This document shows positions 21,435 to 29,784 of a stretch of DNA of 35,422 nucleotides, piece by piece. Origin of the DNA: Candidatus Eiseniibacteriota bacterium (GTDB lineage Bacteria > Eisenbacteria > RBG-16-71-46); contig JANLOX010000447.1 in assembly GCA_031366795.1 (NCBI GenBank), positions 1-35,422 of the forward strand, read 5' to 3'. The stretch's first letter is position 1, and each line of letters opens with the position of its first letter. The translations under genes and the position numbers were made by a program. The notes beneath the pieces are model-generated. The model worked only from the letters and a program-made list of their open reading frames with translations, was not told the origin of the DNA and made no database searches.

Positions 21435-22820
21435 CTAGCGCACCGCTTCCGTATCCCCGCCCGCGGCGGGGCTCGTCATCAGCCCCACGCCCGCGCGCTC
21501 GAAGTAGGTCTTCACGCCCTCGGCGAGTTGCTTGCCGATCTGGCGTTGGAAGTCGGGGTTGGCGAGCATCTTTGCTTCGACCGGGTTGTTGATGAACGCG
21601 GTCTCGACCAGCACCGACGGGAATTCCACCGACTTGAGCACGGCGAATCCTGCCTGCTTCACGCCACGCTGTTCGAGGCGGCGTTCGGTGCCGAGGTGAT
21701 TCAGCAGGGTCTCGGCCAGCAACTGGCTCGATTGCAGCGCCGAGGTGCGCTTCACGTCATAGAGAATGCTGACGAGATCATCCTCCGCGCGCGCGGGGAC
21801 TCCGCCGATCAGGTCGGCGGCGTTTTCGGTGTCGGCCAGATCCTGCGTGGACTGGTCACTGGCGCCGCGTAGGGAAAGGAAATACACCTCGGTGCCGCTG
21901 CCGCTGCCCCGGCGACGTGACGAGTTCGCGTGGATGCTGATGAACAGGTCGGCCTTCATGCGCTCGGCGGCGCGGTAACGCTCGCGCAGCGGGATGAAAT
22001 AATCACCATCGCGCACGAGTGCCGCCTTGATGCCGGGAATGTCGTTCATCGCATTCACCAGTGCGCGCGCCACGCCGAGGTTCGTGTTCTTCTCGAGCAG
22101 GCCACGCGGGCCGTGGGCTCCCGTGTCGTCGCCACCGTGGCCGGCGTCGACGGCAACGAGCCGCACGCGCTGCTGCTTCTTGGTCGCGGCGAGGTTTGCG
22201 AGGCGCGCGTCGAGCGCGGCTCCGCCGCCGGGACGCACGACATCGACAACGATGCGGAACGGCTTGTCGGTCTCGCTCGGAACCATGAACACACGGAAGC
22301 GCGTGGTATCCGCGAAGGCGAACACGAAGCGCCCGCCGTCAGGCGTCGATTCGACGGACACCGAGTCGATCGCGCCATCCATGACGCGCAGCAGTGCGGG
22401 CACATTGGCGCCGCGCGCGATGGGTTCGCCGGGCAGCGTGTTCGCGAGGCGGTTGGTGACACCCGAATCGGGTGCCACGGGATTCACCTGGCCTGAGAAA
22501 TCGAACACCACGCGCGTGCTGGTCGGAGCGGACCACGAGCGCAGCCCCGTCAGCGTGACGGAGCCGGCGGCGGTCAAACCGCCCGAGCTGACCGCGGAGG
22601 CAGGCGCGTAACTTGCGCCGCCCGCGGTAGCAGGCGCAGAACTCGCGCCGCCGACGAGCGCGGGGTTCTTGCTCATGACGTGAACCACTTTAGCGTGCCT
22701 GACGCTGTGTGTGGTGCGCCGCTTCGCATGCTTCGTCGAGCCTTGGGCGAGCAGTGGCGCCGTCAGGCAGACGAGCGTGAAGCTCAACATCAACAATCGT
22801 GACGGGATGCGAGATGTCAT
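21435..22820 (-). CDS. N-acetylmuramoyl-L-alanine amidase (AMIN + Amidase_3, AmiC-like)
   Basis: DAGHGGDDTGA, EKNTNL, FISIHANS, SVLVETAFINNP; AMIN-like TRVVFDF...RIVVDV; start uncertain (22820 or 22859). Confidence 0.92.
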   Translation of the reverse strand: MTSRIPSRLLMLSFTLVCLTAPLLAQGSTKHAKRRTTHSVRHAKVVHVMSKNPALVGGASSAPATAGGASYAPASAVSSGGLTAAGSVTLTGLRSWSAPTSTRVVFDFSGQVNPVAPDSGVTNRLANTLPGEPIARGANVPALLRVMDGAIDSVSVESTPDGGRFVFAFADTTRFRVFMVPSETDKPFRIVVDVVRPGGGAALDARLANLAATKKQQRVRLVAVDAGHGGDDTGAHGPRGLLEKNTNLGVARALVNAMNDIPGIKAALVRDGDYFIPLRERYRAAERMKADLFISIHANSSRRRGSGSGTEVYFLSLRGASDQSTQDLADTENAADLIGGVPARAEDDLVSILYDVKRTSALQSSQLLAETLLNHLGTERRLEQRGVKQAGFAVLKSVEFPSVLVETAFINNPVEAKMLANPDFQRQIGKQLAEGVKTYFERAGVGLMTSPAAGGDTEAVR

Positions 22821-22908
22821 AGGGAATCGCGGCCTTCCATGGCCGGCGGGGCGGCTCATCGCCGCCCCGCCCAGCCGTCGTCCTGGCACCCGAAGCAGGT
22901 GCGCGAGC

Positions 22909-24423
22909 TTATTCAGACAGGTTCAATGCGACAAACTGCGCGCGACCCTCATGGTACACGAGCAGTGCCGCATGCTTCTTTGTGGCCTTGGTTTCCTTGA
23001 GCATCTTCATCAGCGACACGGCCGAGCTGACGGGCTTTCCGCCGACCTGCTCGACGATGTCGCCCGTCGCGATCCCGGCTTCCTCGGCAGCGCTGCCATC
23101 CGCCACGCCGGTCACCAGCACGCCGCTGCTCACCTTCGAGCTCGCCTTCTCGTCCGCGGTGAGTTCGCGCACCGTCAGTCCGGAGACCGACGCCGGCGCG
23201 TTCTCGTCATCGCCGCTCTGCGGCTTCGCATCCGCGACGCCATCCTGCGGGCGCTCGGTGAGCGTCACCGTGACGGGGATCCGCTTGCCATCGCGCAGCA
23301 CGGTCAGCGGCACGGGGGAGCCCACCTTGGTATCGGCAACCTTGAGGCGGAACTTCGGCAAATCGCTGACCGACTGGCCGTCGTATTCGACGATCACGTC
23401 GTTGCGCTTGAGGCCCGCCTTGTCGGCCGGGGTCCCGGCAATCACGTCATTCACGAGAATGCCGCGCTGTTCGCTCAGGCCGAAGCCTTCCGCCAGCTCG
23501 GGCGTCAACTCGGCGAGCTGGATACCCAGCCACGCGCGCTTCACCTTGCCCGAGGCCATCAACTGGTCGGCGACGTGACGCACGAGATTGATCGGGATGG
23601 CGAAGCCGATGCCCTGGCCACTGGTGTTGATTGCCGTGTTGATGCCGATCGCCTCGCCGTTGATGTTGCACAGCGGACCGCCCGAGTTGCCGAAGTTGAT
23701 CGAGGCGTCCGTCTGGATGAAGTCCTGGTAAGACGGCGTGCCGCCCCAGATGTTGAGGTCGGTGCGGCCCTGGGCGCTGATGATCCCCACGGTGACCGAG
23801 CCGCGCAACTGGCCGAGCGGATTGCCGATCGCGATCGCCCAATCGCCGACGCGCAACTGGTCGGAATCACCGAGCGGCAGCACCGGCAGGCGATCGCCCA
23901 CGATCTGGATCACCGCGACGTCTGTCTCGGGATCCGCGCCCACGACCTTCGCCTTGAATGTGCGCTTGTCGTTGAGCGTGACCGAGATGTCGTCGGCGTC
24001 ACGCACGACGTGGTTGTTCGTGAGGATGTGGCCCTGGGTATCGATGATGAATCCCGAACCCGAACTGGGCTGGGTGCGCTGCTTCTGCTGCGGCGCCTGG
24101 TTGCCGTTGTTGCCGAAGAAGCGGCGGAACAGTTCTTCCTGCGGGTCATCCGAGCTGCCGGCTGCGACCTTCTTGCGCACGTCGATGAACACGACGGCCG
24201 GCAGCGCCTTCTCGACGACGCTGACGAATGGACTCTGCAGGTTGGAACTGGTGGCGGCCATCGCGCGGGTACTCGCGGCGACGGCCTCGACGCCGCCGAC
24301 CGGCGAGTGACTGGCATTCAGGGTGGCGCTGACACCCAGTCCGATGAGCGTTCCGACGAGGATGAAGATGGATGCCCCAACGAAGTAACCACGCGGGCGC
24401 GGATCGGTGAACGGGTTCTGCAT
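22909..24423 (-). CDS. DegP/DegQ (Do family) serine endoprotease with two PDZ domains
   Basis: GSGFII, LTNNHVV, DVAVI, IQTDASINFGNSGGPL and two PDZ domains. Confidence 0.96.
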   Translation of the reverse strand: MQNPFTDPRPRGYFVGASIFILVGTLIGLGVSATLNASHSPVGGVEAVAASTRAMAATSSNLQSPFVSVVEKALPAVVFIDVRKKVAAGSSDDPQEELFRRFFGNNGNQAPQQKQRTQPSSGSGFIIDTQGHILTNNHVVRDADDISVTLNDKRTFKAKVVGADPETDVAVIQIVGDRLPVLPLGDSDQLRVGDWAIAIGNPLGQLRGSVTVGIISAQGRTDLNIWGGTPSYQDFIQTDASINFGNSGGPLCNINGEAIGINTAINTSGQGIGFAIPINLVRHVADQLMASGKVKRAWLGIQLAELTPELAEGFGLSEQRGILVNDVIAGTPADKAGLKRNDVIVEYDGQSVSDLPKFRLKVADTKVGSPVPLTVLRDGKRIPVTVTLTERPQDGVADAKPQSGDDENAPASVSGLTVRELTADEKASSKVSSGVLVTGVADGSAAEEAGIATGDIVEQVGGKPVSSAVSLMKMLKETKATKKHAALLVYHEGRAQFVALNLSE

Positions 24424-24730
24424 GGTGTTTGTGTCCCCCTTGTCGGCCCCTGCCCCAGACCTCCGCACAGGCGGAGCGGGCCTAGGCGAGATATCGTGTC
24501 CCTGTACTTTAGGTTATCGACCAGTACCCTAGGTCTGTCACAGTGCCGTTAAATATGCCCGGACAGGCGCCCAGCGGCCCCGATCGCGATACGACCGCGG
24601 CGTGCCCTAGGTTGCGGTGCCTGACCCAGCGGGAGTTTCGCGATCGATCCTGACCATCAGACAGCCGTAACTGATTGGGGGTTGGGGTCCAACTGCAATC
24701 GACAGGTCAATTCCACTATGCTGGCCCGGC

Positions 24731-25492
24731 ATGCCCGCCCCCACCGTGGTGTTCCTGTCCGACGTCCATCTAGGCATCGAGTCCCGCGAGCGCGAGGCGG
24801 CCCGGGAGGCGCGCCTGCTGAGCTTCCTGCGTTCCCTTCCCGGCAGGGCGAGCGATCTCTACATCGTGGGCGACCTGTTCGAGTTCTGGTTCGAGTACGT
24901 CACCGCGATCCCCCGCCGCTACTTCGGGCTGCTGCGAGCATTGGATGAGATTCGCGAGCAAGGGGTCCGCATCACCTGCCTGACCGGCAACCACGACTTC
25001 TACCTCGGGCGCTTTCTCCCGGACGAGCTCGGGATCCACACCGCCGAAGGGCCGCTCGCCGTGGAGCACCAGGGCCGGCGCATCTGGCTTCACCATGGCG
25101 ACGGGCTGATGCGCGGCGATCTCGGCTACAAGGTGCTGCGCCGCGTATTGCGAAGCCCATTGAGCATCGCCGCCTACCGCTGGGTGCATCCCGATGTGGG
25201 CATCCCGTTCGCTCACTGGGCCTCGCGCTGGTCGCGCCATTCGCGTGGGTACCGCCCGCTCGAAGGCGAGCGCATGTTCCAGGCGATCGCGGTACCCCGC
25301 TTCGCCGAGGGCTTCGATGCGGTAATGGTGGGTCACTTCCACCACGTGTTCGAACGCCGCGAGGGCGCCCGCGTGTTCTACGTGCTGGGCGATTGGTTCG
25401 ACAGCTTCAGCTACGTCGAGCTCGGCAACGGCGAGTTCACGCAGCAGAACTGGCCCGCTCCCCCGCTTGCAGCGGTCGCGACGCGCGCTTAG
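24731..25492 (+). CDS. lpxH: UDP-2,3-diacylglucosamine diphosphatase (LpxH-like)
   Basis: LSDVHLG, GDLFEFW, GNHDF, HGD, GHFH and LGDW motifs. Confidence 0.85.
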   Translation: MPAPTVVFLSDVHLGIESREREAAREARLLSFLRSLPGRASDLYIVGDLFEFWFEYVTAIPRRYFGLLRALDEIREQGVRITCLTGNHDFYLGRFLPDELGIHTAEGPLAVEHQGRRIWLHHGDGLMRGDLGYKVLRRVLRSPLSIAAYRWVHPDVGIPFAHWASRWSRHSRGYRPLEGERMFQAIAVPRFAEGFDAVMVGHFHHVFERREGARVFYVLGDWFDSFSYVELGNGEFTQQNWPAPPLAAVATRA

Positions 25493-26403
25493 AAATGCGC
25501 GTTGAAGCCGAAGCGATGGGTGTCGCCGAGATCATCCTTGAGCGGCACGAAGGCGTAGTCGAACGAGAACGCCTGCATGGCGTAGCCCGCGCCGAAGCTC
25601 ACCGACGTCGCGGTGTCATTGACGCGCAGCCCCATGCGCAGGGCCGCACCACTGGCGTCGCCGACTTCGGCGCCGAGCAAGCCCAAGCCGTTGCGACCGC
25701 GCACCGCGCGGCCCTCGAGGGCGCCCAGCACATGCAGTCGCGTGCCCACGGGGCGCTCGTAGGAGACACCGCTCTGGAACGCCGCGGGCAACTGGACCGG
25801 CAGCCCGTCGGTGCCCTCGATCGAATAGTGCGCCGCGGCGCCGACGTTCTGGCCGCCCGCCGCCACGCGCAGGCCCGGCAGCATCGCGGGCTCCCACGTG
25901 GCGCCGAGGCCGAACGAGTAGGTCTGCGCGGCGAGATTCGAGATGCGCTCGCGCACGATCGCCGCCGAGCCACCAAGGCTCACGCCCGAGCCCAGCGAGT
26001 GGCCGTAGCCCAGGCCCAATTCGAGGTCGTGCGAGCCGAAGCTGCCGACGAGATTGCCCACGTCGTCGCGTTCGTCGATCGGTTCGGAGTACAGCGCGCG
26101 AATCGAGGCCGCGATGCCGCCACCGAACATGTGACCGCCCACCGCGAAATAATCGTGGCGGAGCTTCTCGAACAATTCGGAATGCCCGCCGGCGATTTCG
26201 AGACTCTTGGTGGTGGTCAGGCGCGAGGGATTCCAGTAGGCAGACTCGACGCCCCTGGTGAGCGACGAGTAGGCGCCACCCAGGGCAGCGGCGCGCGCGC
26301 CCGTCGGCACTTCGAGGAAGGCGAATCCCGGGGGAGCCGCGTACGCCACGGCGGCACAGCCCAACACGCACACCGCGAGTCCCAAGCTCAACTTCAATCG
26401 CAT
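25489..26403 (-). CDS. PorV/PorQ (UPF0164) family outer-membrane beta-barrel
   Basis: Signal peptide, FLEVPTGARAAALGGAY...YWNPS, C-terminal FDYAF...LGDTHRFGFNAHF ending in Phe. Confidence 0.85.
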   Translation of the reverse strand: MRLKLSLGLAVCVLGCAAVAYAAPPGFAFLEVPTGARAAALGGAYSSLTRGVESAYWNPSRLTTTKSLEIAGGHSELFEKLRHDYFAVGGHMFGGGIAASIRALYSEPIDERDDVGNLVGSFGSHDLELGLGYGHSLGSGVSLGGSAAIVRERISNLAAQTYSFGLGATWEPAMLPGLRVAAGGQNVGAAAHYSIEGTDGLPVQLPAAFQSGVSYERPVGTRLHVLGALEGRAVRGRNGLGLLGAEVGDASGAALRMGLRVNDTATSVSFGAGYAMQAFSFDYAFVPLKDDLGDTHRFGFNAHF

Positions 26404-26526
26404 GCGGATCTCCGAAGCAGACGCAAAGCGGGCCGCGTGATTCGCGGCCCGCCTCGAAGGGACAAGACCAGAAAACAGACTATCGGGCTCGACGGTGCTT
26501 CTCAACTCGACGCTGCTCGATGGGGC

Positions 26527-28062
26527 TTACGGATTCCAGTTGCCGCTGCCTTTGTGCCTGGGCCGGTCCGTCGACTCGGGTGGCGGTGATTGTTGCTGCG
26601 AATCGTCAGAACGCGGCTGCTCCGCCTCACGGTCCGGGCGTTGCGCGCCACGGTCAGGATTGCGCGGGGCCGGAGCCTCCTGCTTTGGCTGCGGCTGCGG
26701 CCTCGGCGTCCAGCGGCCCGGATCGGGGGCAGGCTGCTGCTGGCGTGTTTCGCGGCCGCCGCCACTGGGCGGCGCGGATCCGTTGTCGTTGCCGGGATTG
26801 TTGCCACTCCTGCCGGAGCCATTGTTGCCCTGGTCCCAGCCACCACGGCGGCTGCGTCCCGACTCGGGCGCAGGCGCCGGAGTGGGCGTCGCCGACGAAC
26901 CGCCGCCTGAACCGCCACGCGTACGCCATTCGCGTGCCCCACCACCGCTGCCGTCCGAGGGCGCGCCACCGACGCGTTCGCGGCGAATGCCGCTCGGCTG
27001 GCCACCGCCCGGCTGGCTCGTGCGATTCCAACGGTCGTGCGCGCTGGCGAAGTATCCCGGCGGCAACGTCGAGCCACCGCCATCACTATTGCCCGCGCCA
27101 CGTCCGGCCGTGCGTCCGCGCCAATCGGCAGGCGCCACATAGCCGGCCGGAGGGGGAGTCTTATAGCGGCGCAGCGGGCCTCCCCAGGTCGTGGTCCAGC
27201 GCTTCCAGCCATCCCACGATGAATACCAGACGCCCCCGCGCGAACCCTGCGGCCGGTAACGCGGCGGGCAATCCGTGCGGTAGACGTAGGCGTAATAGGG
27301 CACGTAGCCCGACCAGTACGTCGGCCCCCACCACCAGTTCGAGTTCACGCGGAACTCGAAGGCGCTGCAGTTCGCGTAATACGGGTCGAAGCCATCCCAC
27401 CACGAGTAGTAGCCCGGGCGGTGGCAGTCATTGCACAAGTAGCGTGGGTAGCGCACTTCGTTGTGCACGTAATACGAGGTGTAGGCCGTCGCGAAGGTGT
27501 GCGAGTTCACGCCTTCGGCGAGCACTGCGCGGCGGATGCGTTCCATGGCGACGAACGGGTCCCCGACGATCTTGCCGTCTGACGTCACGCCCTCGCTCTC
27601 GCGCTCGTCACTCGAAGTGTAGCCGAGCTCCTGGGCGCGCGGATCGGGCGGGCGCAGGTACCACGGCAGCTGGCGGAACGGTTCGTCGGAAGCGATCGCC
27701 ACGATGAAGCCCTCGCCCACCGGGCCCTCGACCACCATTTGCTCATCGTTGCTCTCGGGCAGCTGGAGTGCCGTGCCGCCATCGATGCTGGTGTCGTTGC
27801 CCTCGGTGGGAAACAACACGTGCACCGACCCCTCAGCGTCGATCTCGTAGACGATGAGGTTGGCGTCGCGGTTGGTCTTGACGCTCAGGCTGATGGCGTC
27901 GCCCGGCTGGTAAACGGCGCCGTCGCCGCGGTTGGAGCGGATCTTGACGTTGAGCGTCTGGGCGCCCGCCGTCACCGCCGTGGTCGCGACACAGGTCGCG
28001 AGCACCAGCAGGAACAGCGCGAGCCCTGCCCCCTGCCGGTTCAGCTTCTGGATGCGTGACAT
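26527..28062 (-). CDS. Exported DUF4384-domain protein with CxxCH motif, Trp/Tyr-rich segment and disordered Gly/Arg/Pro tail
   Basis: AAGGAG SD, signal peptide, YQPGDAI...YEIDAEGSVHVLFP...GPVGEGFIVAIAS (DUF4384-like), LCNDCH at 27421-27435. Confidence 0.75.
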   Translation of the reverse strand: MSRIQKLNRQGAGLALFLLVLATCVATTAVTAGAQTLNVKIRSNRGDGAVYQPGDAISLSVKTNRDANLIVYEIDAEGSVHVLFPTEGNDTSIDGGTALQLPESNDEQMVVEGPVGEGFIVAIASDEPFRQLPWYLRPPDPRAQELGYTSSDERESEGVTSDGKIVGDPFVAMERIRRAVLAEGVNSHTFATAYTSYYVHNEVRYPRYLCNDCHRPGYYSWWDGFDPYYANCSAFEFRVNSNWWWGPTYWSGYVPYYAYVYRTDCPPRYRPQGSRGGVWYSSWDGWKRWTTTWGGPLRRYKTPPPAGYVAPADWRGRTAGRGAGNSDGGGSTLPPGYFASAHDRWNRTSQPGGGQPSGIRRERVGGAPSDGSGGGAREWRTRGGSGGGSSATPTPAPAPESGRSRRGGWDQGNNGSGRSGNNPGNDNGSAPPSGGGRETRQQQPAPDPGRWTPRPQPQPKQEAPAPRNPDRGAQRPDREAEQPRSDDSQQQSPPPESTDRPRHKGSGNWNP

Positions 28063-28191
28063 GGTGTGAGGCTCCTTGGGGCCGGGGACCCGCCTTTCCG
28101 GCGGGGCGCTCCGGTGTCCGCTGCGTGATGGTCTACCCCGCATGGGGTAATCGTGCTCCCGTAACCCTGCTCGATCAAGCGCCCCCGCCTA

Positions 28192-29022
28192 CTAAAGCGC
28201 TCGCAAGGCGTCCCACACGGCGGGCCGGCGTACCCTGTTGGATGCGGGATTCAGCTCAGGGCGGGCCTTCAATTCGCGATTACCCGCCGCCACCTGGTAG
28301 GCCCAGTCCATCACCACGTGGCCGCTGGTGAGCGAACTCACCCGGAACTTCGCGTAGTGGTTGTCCTGGGTCCACACCACGTAGCAGTGGCCCGTGATCA
28401 GCTCGACCGTGCCGCTGGGCGACCAGCCGGCCACAGGGGCGAAATCGACGGCATCGAGCGTTGCACCGTAACCGGCGTCCTGGATCTCGGTGTCGGCGAA
28501 CGGCGCGATCATCAGATTCTGGCCCCCGGCGGCGCCGTAAAACACGTCGACCTGGCTGTTGCGGTAGGGCAGCACCGAATACGTCGAGAAGTCATAGCCC
28601 GCATGCAGCGAGTCGAACGCCGCGTTGCCCAGCGTCAGCCCGAAGCCTTCGGGACGCGGCGTGTCGTAGATCGTGTCGTAGGACAGGTCGCTCTCGTGAC
28701 CGTCGCGGTCGATGGCGGCGACCGCGTAGTACTCGGTCTGGCCGTTGGTGAGACCGGTGACCACGTACGAAGTGGTGGAGGTCGAGCCGATCGGAGTGTA
28801 GGAGCAACTCGCATCCGGGCACGGGCCGGTGTAAACGCGGTAGGCCACGACGTTCTTCTCGGTATTCTTGAGCCAGCTCAGGTACACCGCGTGATCGCCC
28901 GTGACCGTCTGCAGGCCGCGGGGTGCAGCGGGAAGGACCAGCGCGCGTGGCGCCACGACCGTGCCGTCGTTGCAACCGGCGAGCAGCAACACACCGAGCA
29001 TCAAAGCAAGAACCTTGCGCAT
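28192..29022 (-). CDS. Lipoprotein with fibronectin type III domain and HmuY-like C-terminal region
   Basis: AGGAGG SD, lipobox LLLAG-C, Fn3 (PAAPRGL...LSW...YRVY...GLTNGQTEYYAVAA), C-terminal YVVWTQDNHYAKFRV. Confidence 0.8.
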   Translation of the reverse strand: MRKVLALMLGVLLLAGCNDGTVVAPRALVLPAAPRGLQTVTGDHAVYLSWLKNTEKNVVAYRVYTGPCPDASCSYTPIGSTSTTSYVVTGLTNGQTEYYAVAAIDRDGHESDLSYDTIYDTPRPEGFGLTLGNAAFDSLHAGYDFSTYSVLPYRNSQVDVFYGAAGGQNLMIAPFADTEIQDAGYGATLDAVDFAPVAGWSPSGTVELITGHCYVVWTQDNHYAKFRVSSLTSGHVVMDWAYQVAAGNRELKARPELNPASNRVRRPAVWDALRAL

Positions 29023-29078
29023 GGGGACCCTCCTGTTCGATCCGCGAAGCCGACGAGACAAAGCGTGCGATCATGTAG

Positions 29079-29095
29079 CGCAACGCGCATGCCAG
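29079..29095 (-). promoter_or_regulatory. Sigma-54 (-24/-12) promoter for the lipoprotein-DUF4384-PorV operon
   Basis: Minus strand CTGGCATGCGCGTTGCG matches TGGCAC-N5-TTGC with exact GG-N10-GC spacing, ~57 nt upstream of ATG 29022. Confidence 0.8.
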
Positions 29096-29309
29096 TGAGG
29101 GCGCGCGGTTAGCCAGGGTGGGATTCGCGAAATTCAGGCTGTTTTCACCGTATTCACAGGCAATTGCGGTAGTTCCGTGGTGGCGGGGCGTGCGGCGGCG
29201 ATACAACTGTGCCGATCTTGCCGCACCTGAGGGGACGCTGGAGCGTTCGGGGGCTCGCTCTGGCGTGCGTTCGCGCGGGCTCGCGCGGATCGCTCACTCG
29301 CCAGCGGGC

Positions 29310-29397
29310 AAGAAAAAGGACACCGGCCGTGAAGCGAATCCGCATTTCAGCCGAGACATCCCCCAATGCTGGCCAATCTGCGAAGCGACCGGTGCCC
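29310..29397 (-). terminator. Terminal stem and U-tract of the putative ncRNA
   Basis: GGGCACCGGUCG (29386-29397) pairs with CGGCCGGUGUCC (29318-29329) over 12 bp, followed by UUUUUCUU (29310-29317). Confidence 0.6.
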
Positions 29398-29508
29398 TGC
29401 AACCTGGGATTGCCCGCAACACGGCCCGACGGGAGGCAGACACCACCGGGCCTGCCAATGAACACGTCGACACTTGTGTACGTGCAAACCCCAGGAACTC
29501 GTCACTGA

Positions 29509-29586
29509 GTACTTGGGAAATCGTTTGGGTTACGAACTCTGCTGACTGCTGCGTGCCTGGGAAATCGTTCGGGTTGCGATCTCTGC
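29509..29586. repeat. Two 34-bp imperfect direct repeats (29/34 identical, 10-bp spacer)
   Basis: gtacttgggaaatcgtttgggttacgaactctgc (29509-29542) and gtgcctgggaaatcgttcgggttgcgatctctgc (29553-29586). Confidence 0.92.
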
Positions 29587-29767
29587 CTTTGCTAACTTCA
29601 AGATCTGGTTTTGAAGCTCCAAGCTAGCCGGTCGTAGAACGTGGCGCTGTCGTTAGACTGGGGCTCGTACCCTGGCCAAACTCTACGGAACCGGCTAGCC
29701 CAGATGCCTGTCCGGCTTGCCTCACCGGACCGTTTTGGAGGTCCCCCCCCTCCGGCTGATATGTAAG

Positions 29768-29784
29768 AGCATCCCGCGTGCCAG
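29768..29784 (-). promoter_or_regulatory. Sigma-54 (-24/-12) promoter with no downstream protein gene
   Basis: Minus strand CTGGCACGCGGGATGCT: perfect TGGCACG, GG-N10-GC spacing; predicted TSS ~29757. Confidence 0.75.

Larger units (their letters stand above)
29310..29757 (-). ncRNA. Putative ~450-nt structured sigma-54-dependent ncRNA (no family recognised)
   Basis: Bounded by a sigma-54 promoter and a U-tailed stem; at least eight hairpin or multibranch elements found by eye; no ORF with an SD. Confidence 0.6.

Noticed and set aside
22711..24552. 613-aa plus-strand ORF (likewise 19529-21247, 16086-17666, 3545-4786, 9635-10897 and other long antisense ORFs)
   Set aside because: Antisense shadows of well-supported genes in high-GC DNA; Arg/Ala-rich with no recognisable motifs
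24424..24730. ECF/sigma-E promoter upstream of degP
   Set aside because: Only a weak TAACCT...ATATCT resemblance; not supportable by eye
29509..29586. 34-bp repeats as a mini CRISPR array
   Set aside because: Only two copies, a 10-bp spacer, five mismatches and no cas genes
29624..29725. 33-codon GTG ORF (MRQAGQASGLAGSVEFGQGTSPSLTTAPRSTTG) near the 5' end of the putative ncRNA
   Set aside because: The GGAGG is too far upstream and sequestered in a hairpin, and the ORF lies within strong stems; cannot be fully excluded without ribosome profiling
29310..29757. Identification as tmRNA, RNase P, SRP, 6S RNA, retron msr-msd or group II intron
   Set aside because: No tRNA-like ends or CCA, no GAGGAAAGUCC, no SRP GGAA loop motif, no single end-to-end rod, and no reverse transcriptase nearby
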